This document shows, piece by piece, positions 54,067 to 61,528 of a stretch of DNA of 64,000 bases. This stretch comes from Diplonema japonicum (taxonomy: Eukaryota > Protista > Euglenozoa: Diplonemea). The number at the start of each line of letters is the position of its first letter. Within the stretch, counting starts at the first letter, position 1. The DNA is taken from the NCBI GenBank assembly GCA_964019335.1, contig OZ025727.1, positions 372,001 to 436,000 on the forward strand. Reading direction: 5' to 3'. The notes below the pieces were generated by a model. That model worked only from the letters and a program-made list of their open reading frames with translations. It was not told the origin of the DNA and searched no databases. A program made the translations under genes and the position numbers.

Positions 54067-54993
54067 ATGGACATGCGGGCACGGTTGCAGGAAATGAGGA
54101 ACAGACCTCCGTTGAAACCACCACCTTTCAATACCACTTCTCCAGTAAGGAAGCCTTCACATTTGGAATTTCCACTAGATTTTCCGAAAACGAAGGAAAG
54201 GGATTACAGGGCACGATTTGCGACATGGCGCGATAGGAATACTGGTGCCAAAAGCAGTGAGTTGCAGGCGATTCTGGCTTCCGACGCTCGCGATGTCATC
54301 CTCGGTTTCAGGGACAGCCTTGCATCGCAAACGGTGACCGAACCCCTTCTCAGGAACTGGATAAAAAACGCAAAGTTCTTTAAAAAAGAGCACGAAAAAG
54401 GGTTCGAATACCTTGCGCAGCACGAATACCTACAACTAGCCGTGCAGTGGGCGTATCCCATACGAATGTATCCAGACGTACCAGAGGGCTTTAAGATAAC
54501 ATATGTGCAGCCTCACGAGCAGCACGACTTCAGGCTCATCGGGAAATCCAAAGATGCACACAACAGCAACGTGTCCTTAAAGCTGGAACGCATACCGCAG
54601 CACACGAAAAAGCCTTTGCCGTCGGATACCAAGCTATTTGTATGCTACCGTCTAGAGAGGGACAGGTCCAAGCGCACCGGTACCATGCATCCCTTCGACA
54701 TCATTCCCAGGGACACATGGCCTTCCGTGTTCAGCTACCTAGACGTGTTCTCTCATCTGTGCCTGGCACTCACATCTAAAGATATGTACCACGATGCCAT
54801 TGCTTGCGTAAGCCTGCAGGAGAAGCAGGTTTACACCACCTACTGGGAAGGTGTGACTCCATTCAAGGAACAGGACAGGCAAGCACACCTTTTGGTGACA
54901 ACCCCATGCAACAAGAAGACCTGGATCTGTACTTATTGCAAAAGCACGAATCAGTGGGTGCGCAGCACCTGCGGTACTTGCAACAAACACTAG
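54067..54993 (+). CDS. Protein with F-box-like motif and C-terminal RanBP2-type zinc finger
   Basis: IPRDTWPSVFSYLDVFSHLCLALTSKDM (F-box pattern); WICTYCKSTNQWVRSTCGTC. Confidence 0.7.
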   Translation: MDMRARLQEMRNRPPLKPPPFNTTSPVRKPSHLEFPLDFPKTKERDYRARFATWRDRNTGAKSSELQAILASDARDVILGFRDSLASQTVTEPLLRNWIKNAKFFKKEHEKGFEYLAQHEYLQLAVQWAYPIRMYPDVPEGFKITYVQPHEQHDFRLIGKSKDAHNSNVSLKLERIPQHTKKPLPSDTKLFVCYRLERDRSKRTGTMHPFDIIPRDTWPSVFSYLDVFSHLCLALTSKDMYHDAIACVSLQEKQVYTTYWEGVTPFKEQDRQAHLLVTTPCNKKTWICTYCKSTNQWVRSTCGTCNKH

Positions 54994-55103
54994 CCATACT
55001 AGCCCTTAGGACAGAGGAGCCGTTAGGTTCTACATGTCTTTTTCTTATATTCTTTCTTTTTTAGTTCTTGTATCGTCCTCTTTAAACACAGAAACAAAAT
55101 AAG

Positions 55104-56192
55104 ATGAGACACCTGTGTCTGCTTGCGCTCCTCCCCATGTGTAATGGGTACATTACCACTTCATGGAGGGACCTTCAAAGCAACACGAAATACAGTTTCT
55201 CGGACTACCTGTCTGAGTACAGCAAGGTGTACTCAGATGCTAGCGAGTACAAGAGGAGGGAGGCTCTGTTTCATGCTAACGTGGCGTCCATCAGGCGACA
55301 CAATGCCGGTGACAGCACGTACAAGATGGGCCTGAACATGTTCACGGACTTGGACGAGCAGGAACGCGCTGCTGCCAGGGGAAGGGCACAGTCCAGACCT
55401 TCGTACGCGGAAGCCCCTTCTATGAACGAGGAGCTCCCCACACAGGTCGACTGGAGGGCTACATCGCCTCCTGTCTTGACACCGATCAAGAATCAAGGGG
55501 CCTGTGGTTCGTGCTGGGCGTTTAGCACAACTGAGTCCATCGAGAGCGCTCTTGCTCGTGAGACAGGGAAGCTCATGGTGCTGAGTCCTCAGCAGTTGGT
55601 TTCATGTGCACCCAACCCGATGGCCTGTGGTGGTACTGGTGGCTGTGGTGGAAGCACTCAGCCCCTTGGCTTCAACTACACTATCGGTGCTGGTGGCCTG
55701 TCTGCTGAGGCCTCGTACCCTTACAGGAGCGGCGGGGATGGCATCACCGGGTCATGTAACAAGGGTGAAATCAAGCCCGCTGTCAACATCAAGGGTTGGA
55801 TCGAGCTTCCTGTCAACAACGCGTCTGCTTTGATGGCAGCCGTGGCCACCATCGGCCCCATTGCCATCAGCGCTGATGCAAGGAACTGGCACTCGTACGA
55901 GGAGGGTGTCTTCAACGCCTGCGGGTATGAGGTCGACCACTGCATCCAGTTGGTGGGCTACGGGACCACTGGCAGCACCAGCTACTGGATCGTGCGCAAC
56001 TCATGGGGCCCTTCGTACGGTGAGGAGGGCTACATCCGCATCTTGCGCACCCCTGCTGGTGAGCCGTGTGGAATGGACAAGAAACCGCAGGAGGGACTTG
56101 CCTGCAAGAACCAAACAGAGCCCCTCAAGTACTGCGGCACCTGCGGTATCTTGTCGGGCTCGTCGTACCCAACCGGCGCCTTTGTTGTTTAA
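55104..56192 (+). CDS. Papain-family (C1A) cysteine protease with signal peptide and I29 prodomain
   Basis: QGACGSCWAFS, DHCIQLVGYG, YWIVRNSWG; prodomain GLNMFTD. Confidence 0.97.
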   Translation: MRHLCLLALLPMCNGYITTSWRDLQSNTKYSFSDYLSEYSKVYSDASEYKRREALFHANVASIRRHNAGDSTYKMGLNMFTDLDEQERAAARGRAQSRPSYAEAPSMNEELPTQVDWRATSPPVLTPIKNQGACGSCWAFSTTESIESALARETGKLMVLSPQQLVSCAPNPMACGGTGGCGGSTQPLGFNYTIGAGGLSAEASYPYRSGGDGITGSCNKGEIKPAVNIKGWIELPVNNASALMAAVATIGPIAISADARNWHSYEEGVFNACGYEVDHCIQLVGYGTTGSTSYWIVRNSWGPSYGEEGYIRILRTPAGEPCGMDKKPQEGLACKNQTEPLKYCGTCGILSGSSYPTGAFVV

Positions 56193-56339
56193 AATGCCAA
56201 TGTGGCACAAGAGTGAACGTATTACCTTTCCCTGCCCTTTACATTTTTCTATTCTCAATACTCTTTTTTTTAAAAGTCTGAATTTCTTATTACTTCTATT
56301 ATTATTAATGCTCTCTAGCTTCTATTTTGATCAGTATTG

Positions 56340-56609
56340 ATGGGATGCGGGGTAGCTAAGCCAACATGCACTCAGACCGCGGAGCTTAGTTCGCCATGCG
56401 ATGTCTGTTCGGAGAGGGACACGAGTGCTACTTACATCTCGTCAGAGATTGCTTCGTCGGAGAATACCTACAGTAACTGCAGCAGCGAAGAATTCTGTGT
56501 GGTTGGAGGAGGAAGAGTCGAAGGTTTAAGGTCATGTCTCCGAAGGCCAATTCCCAGAGTCCGGACTAAGTTCGTTTCCATAAGCTTCATGTTCACACAA
56601 GTGATTTGA
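56340..56609 (+). CDS. Small hypothetical protein with MGCG dual-acylation N-terminus
   Basis: MGCGVAK start after a pyrimidine-rich spacer; otherwise unsupported. Confidence 0.4.
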   Translation: MGCGVAKPTCTQTAELSSPCDVCSERDTSATYISSEIASSENTYSNCSSEEFCVVGGGRVEGLRSCLRRPIPRVRTKFVSISFMFTQVI

Positions 56610-57259
56610 AACATTTCGTTGTTGATATCTGTGCAATAGCACCTAGCCTTATGGGCTGACGGTGATGTTGACACTTCTCTCTTTTTTTACTTGTTCTTGC
56701 AAGATATAAGAAGCAGCTTTTCTCGCCCCTTTCTTTTTTCTCTTTTTCGCCGATGGGAAAGGCGTCATAAAAAGAAGAACTGGCCGTTGTTTGTAGTTTA
56801 CCTGTAAGCACGTAGTGCCAACGTTCCCCCTTTTTGTTTAAACAAGTCAAAGTTGATCTTGCAAGAGATATCTGACACTTGCCATGTTTATGAAATGACG
56901 CCTTCCTAGAAGGAACTTTCATCTTTTGCTCTATAAATTACTTTGTTTCTCCCTCTCTGTTTATACAGGCACGAGGAACTTTTTGTGCTTTCCCTCCCCT
57001 TTGAAATGGTCCGCTGTGCACGTTTCCAACAATAACCTCGCAAGACAAGAAGATCCAACCTTGAATGCTCTTGAGCACCTTTGGTACCCTTCCATTGATG
57101 ACACTTTACGCATCGCCATTTGAATGAAGTTCTTGTCACCAAGGGAAACATTTGAGTGTAGACCTTTGTTCGGGACCACCCACCCTAGAAACTGATTTTA
57201 GGAAAATTTAGGCGGCGATATTTAAATATTTTGCAAAGCTCATTACAGGACGGAATGCT

Positions 57260-57856
57260 ATGGACGATCTACCGCTGTTTAAGGTGATCATCTTAGGGGA
57301 CAGCGGTGTGGGGAAGAGCTGCTTGGCGTCAAGGGTGACGGATGGCAAGTATAACCCAAGGATGAAAGCGACGATCGGAACAGAATTCTCGACAAAGGTT
57401 CTGGAGTGCGGTGGGGGCAGGGTCGTGTTGCAGATGTGGGACACGGCGGGGCAGGAACGGCACCGCAGCCTGGGGAAGGCGTACTGGCGGGGTGCGGCCG
57501 GGTGTGTGATTGTGTTCGATGTGACATCGATAGATAGCTTCACGAGCATCGACGGGTGGCTGAAGGAGTTTGTGGCACATGTTGGTGCTGAGAAGCCTGT
57601 TGTTATCATCGGGAACAAGCTGGATGACAAGGACAACACACGCGTCGCGGACAAGGCGATCCGTGATTGGTCACGCCACAACGACATCCCCTACTTCCTT
57701 GTCTCCGCCAAGACGAACCTGCACACCGCCGACCCTTTCCTCTGCCTCGCGAATAAAATCTCGTCGCTCCCTAACCCTCACAAGCTCAGCGAAACACGCA
57801 GCATCAACGTCTCCATCGTCGACGACCAGGACAGGCACAGGCTGTGCACCTGCTGA
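57260..57856 (+). CDS. Rab family small GTPase (Rab7-like, divergent)
   Basis: GDSGVGKS, ATIGTEF, WDTAGQER, GNKLD, SAK, C-terminal CTC. Confidence 0.93.
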   Translation: MDDLPLFKVIILGDSGVGKSCLASRVTDGKYNPRMKATIGTEFSTKVLECGGGRVVLQMWDTAGQERHRSLGKAYWRGAAGCVIVFDVTSIDSFTSIDGWLKEFVAHVGAEKPVVIIGNKLDDKDNTRVADKAIRDWSRHNDIPYFLVSAKTNLHTADPFLCLANKISSLPNPHKLSETRSINVSIVDDQDRHRLCTC

Positions 57857-59123
57857 GGGAAAGGGCTCCGTGTGTGTGTTTTTTATGTTATCTTTGTTAT
57901 CTCTTTTTTCGCCCGTGTATCTACCATTGTTGTGTTGTCATTTCAATAACTCATCATATTTCTTAGATGCTGGCTGACAATAGAAAGATTGAGAATCAAA
58001 AGCGTCTGAAAATATGTTGTCATCACCAGCAGCCAGATATGATGCGCAGGAGAATAGACCGTATCGTGCCAAAACCCTTTTTATTCTTTGTTGTGCTTCT
58101 AAAACGTGGTGGGTCGATCCCCTAGCTTTGCTTTTTATTCTTTTATCTCAGTCCGATTTATTTTCCTTTTTTTTTTTTGTACGGGTGTGGGGGAAGAAGG
58201 AGGGTTTTGGGAGTAAAGTGATATTTTCTTTTAATTTTCTTACCATCTTTCCTCTTATTCTTGGTTTCGTCCAACGTTTCTTTTTTTTTTTTTGTTGTGT
58301 TTTTTTTGTTTTGTTTTTTAAGCTGATGGAGAATACTGTGTTGAGAAGAAATGATTCTGTCTTTTGTTTATATTTTCATGTAGAAGATCCGCTTGCAATG
58401 TTGTTAAGTCAGCTTCCCAACAAGCTTCTTTTTTTTTTTTGCGGCATTATTCTTCCGTGCGTTGAAACAGGTTATACTTTTGACAAAATGTAACCCTTCA
58501 GATCTCTAGTCTTTGAATCAGTATTTTCCTCAAGAGCTTATGGGAGATGCAAAAGATCCAAGATTTCTTTTAGAAAATCCAGTAGTAGTGGATGTCAAAA
58601 GATATGTAAGGCTGTCTCTAATATCTAATACATCGAATCTTCGTGGACAGAGTGAAGAACATCTCTCGCATCCTGAGACGGTATTGTTCGCAGATTTGCG
58701 GAATCAATTGTCCGAAAAACCAGGATCGTTCAATCATTGAAAGGAGTCGCGAAACGTTGTTTGAACACAAGGAGGGGGGGGGGGGGGGGGGGGTGCTAAA
58801 CGGGTTTTAGATATGAGGCGTAAACTCTCCAGGTTTCTTCTACCCGGCAGTACAAACAACAGCCATTCCTCTTCTTGAAACTATAAATGTGAAAATTCTT
58901 CTCATAGCTGAAGTTGAGGGCATGCTTCTAATGGGACAAAAGAGTCATTTGTTTGTACTACAGTGGTAGTTATTTTTAGAGAAAAAAAAAGAAAAAAAAA
59001 CGAAGAACGAGAAAACGCTCCTTAATTTAATCTCCCCCTCCCCCCCTTCCATTATTTTGTGGATACGATTTCTTTCTCTTTTGTAATTTCTTTAACTTCT
59101 CCAGATCACAAGGGTAAGTCACA

Positions 59124-60218
59124 ATGCGCGTAGCCTTGTTGCTACTGCTTGCAGGAGCGGCCAGCGGATGTGTGACTAACATCGACTGCTGGATGAACGG
59201 TGTGTGCACCAACGGTGCATGCCACTGCAGCAAGGGATGGAAGGGCGAGAATTGCACTCAGCTCAACTTGCAGCCGGCACCTGTTGTCGGTGCCTACGGG
59301 TATGCGCCCAATGTCAGCAGCTGGGGTGGGCTCCCCACGAAGATAGACGGGAAGTGGCACTTGCACGCCGCAGAGATGACTAATGGCTGCGGCCTTTCCA
59401 GCTGGGGTAAGAACAGCAGAGTGATCCATGCCGTAAGCGACAACATGACCGGCCCCTACTCTAGGCAGGACGTGACCTTGGGTGCGTGGGCTCACAACCC
59501 ACAGCTTGCTGTTGACAACCACACCGGGACACCTACGTATCTGTTGTTCCACATCGGCACGGGGACTCACAGTGGCTCTCTCGAAAACTGTGGCGAGAAC
59601 ACACCCGAGCCCGTTGCACCCACAGTGACGTCGAACGTGCTCCACACGGCAAGCTCTCCTTACGGTCCTTGGGAGCCGTACAATGGCCTCCCGGGCATCA
59701 ACAACCCATCGCCATTCGTGTTCCCGAATGGGACCATTGTCATCACAGGAACAAGCTGGAACATCTACCGTGCCGACAGCTGGAAGGGGCCTTGGAAGAA
59801 GACACCCATTGTATGGTCCGGAGACGGTGGGCAAGGCGTTTGGGAGGACCCGTTCATCTTTTATGACCCTGTGATGAGTGTTTGGAAGATGATCGCACAC
59901 GTGTGGCCCAGTTACGCACCCGACCAGCCTGCCTGCGACCACAACTACTCCTTGAGAGAAGCAGGCTTTGCCTACTCATTTGACGGCATCCACTGGGTCA
60001 AGTCGTCGACCCCGCCCTTTGATAACAAGGTACAACACACGGACGGCAGCACGACAGCGCTTTCGACACGCGAGCGCCCTAAGGTGATCTTCGCTGCCGA
60101 TGGGCACACGCCAATCGGTCTATCAAATGGAGTATCAGCAAACCCCGAGCCGTGGGGCTGTAAGGATAAGCCAGGTGTCGATTGGACCTACACCCTTGTG
60201 GTGCCCATCGGAGAGTGA
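59124..60218 (+). CDS. Secreted EGF-like + beta-propeller glycoside hydrolase (GH43-like clan)
   Basis: Signal peptide; CWMNGVCTNGACHCSKGWKGENC EGF-like; SSWGG, AHNP, NNPSP, WEDPFIF, RERP motifs. Confidence 0.75.
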   Translation: MRVALLLLLAGAASGCVTNIDCWMNGVCTNGACHCSKGWKGENCTQLNLQPAPVVGAYGYAPNVSSWGGLPTKIDGKWHLHAAEMTNGCGLSSWGKNSRVIHAVSDNMTGPYSRQDVTLGAWAHNPQLAVDNHTGTPTYLLFHIGTGTHSGSLENCGENTPEPVAPTVTSNVLHTASSPYGPWEPYNGLPGINNPSPFVFPNGTIVITGTSWNIYRADSWKGPWKKTPIVWSGDGGQGVWEDPFIFYDPVMSVWKMIAHVWPSYAPDQPACDHNYSLREAGFAYSFDGIHWVKSSTPPFDNKVQHTDGSTTALSTRERPKVIFAADGHTPIGLSNGVSANPEPWGCKDKPGVDWTYTLVVPIGE

Positions 60219-60621
60219 ACTCCGTAAGACGACCGTGTGTCTTGAGTGCTTTTGCTAACGTCTTTGTTCGTGTCATATTCGGAGTGTCGATCTTGTTTTA
60301 AGTGATTTTTACCAACGTCCTTATCCGTGTTCTCAACGTTTAGTTTTAAAAGGTGAAGTAAGTCCCGCGAAAGCCCGGAGAATGTTTCTCTTCCCGTGCT
60401 CGGCTAGGAGACATGACCTGAAGTGCAGAAAGGCATCATCGCCTCAGTGTCGAATCAATGTATTTTAGCTAAACGTTTCTCCCCTCCCCCGCATCTTCCC
60501 TGCTATCACCAATCACACAGGAGAAGAGAAGAAATGTTAACGACATGCCGAGGACAAAGCATGTCCGTGCCGTCAAATTTGAAAGAAACGACAAAAGCTA
60601 AAAGCTGATAAACCCATCCCT

Positions 60622-60874
60622 GTTCTGCCAAGTTCCACCACGTTCCACCAGTTCTGCCAGTTCCACCATGTTCCGCCAGTTCCACCAGTTCCACCATGTT
60701 CCGCCATGTTCCACCATGTTCTGCCAGTTCCACCATGTTCCACCACGTTCCGCCAGTTCTGCCATGTTCCACCAGTTCCACCATGTTCCGCCAGTTCTAC
60801 CAGTTCCGCCAAGTTCCGCCGTTCCACCGTTCCACCAAGTTCCGACTTTTCAGTTTGGTGGAAGGGAACGGAAC
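60622..60874. repeat. Minisatellite of 9-10-nt units GTTCYRCCA(T), roughly 23 copies, ending in inverted copies
   Basis: Read directly. TTCCACCAA (60830-38) is inverted as TTGGTGGAA (60855-63). Flanked by ACCCAYCCCTG at 60612 and 60876. Confidence 0.9.
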
Positions 60875-61347
60875 GACCCACCCCTGCCCAGGACACTGGC
60901 TAGGGTTGAGCTGGACACCGCATGCATTAAGGACACAACGTGGAACGCAAACGCGGCTGAGATCATACCCAACACTGGTGTCTCGGCACCCATTCTGGGA
61001 TGAAGTTATGAGGTTTCAGATGGATACAAATAGTGCATCTAACGCAGATTTTCAATATCTTTCCATTCCATCTTTTTTTTATGAAAACCGATCCAAGGCT
61101 TTGGTCTAGATGACCACAGAACAATTACACCTATTAACTGCTTCTACAGAAGCAGTTGGGCGTTTAAGGGTTAAAGGACAGGGTTTTTTTTCAATATAGA
61201 CACTTGTTGGTAGATGGTTTATTCATCACCTTTTTCTTGAAAGTATTCGTTTTACAGTGGGTTTTCTTCCATTGTCAACCAGCTACCGGTCGCTCCATTG
61301 ACTTCTGCAGCCTTCAAGACAAGCACACAGGGAAAATACATTAGAAA

Positions 61348-61386
61348 AACCAACGATTCTAAAGCTACAGTTTCTGTACTTTATTG
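61348..61386 (+). other. Complete 39-nt spliced-leader (SL) exon of diplonemid type
   Basis: AACCAACGATTCTAAAGCTACAGTTTCTGTACTTTATTG: 39 nt, AAC start, and the conserved euglenozoan 3' half CAGTTTCTGTACTTTATTG. Confidence 0.95.
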
Positions 61387-61528
61387 GTCGTCTGTGTTTT
61401 TGTTGGTGCCTGCTGCGTCCGCTCGGTGTCCGTTCGTCGTCGTCTGGGGGGGTTGTTTCGGCCCGGCCCGCCTGCCGTTTAGCAAAGGATCCCCTCCCCC
61501 CTCAACACAAAAAAAAAAAAAAATAAAA

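Noticed and set aside
60622-60874. CRISPR array or coding ORFs over the repeat
   Set aside because: Units are 9-10 nt with no unique spacers, no cas genes, eukaryotic context; the ORFs are repeat artefacts.
61348-61460. Functional SL RNA gene
   Set aside because: Single copy, GTCGT instead of a GTATG-type donor, no clear Sm site or T-tract terminator, and runs into a long ORF. Not fully excluded.
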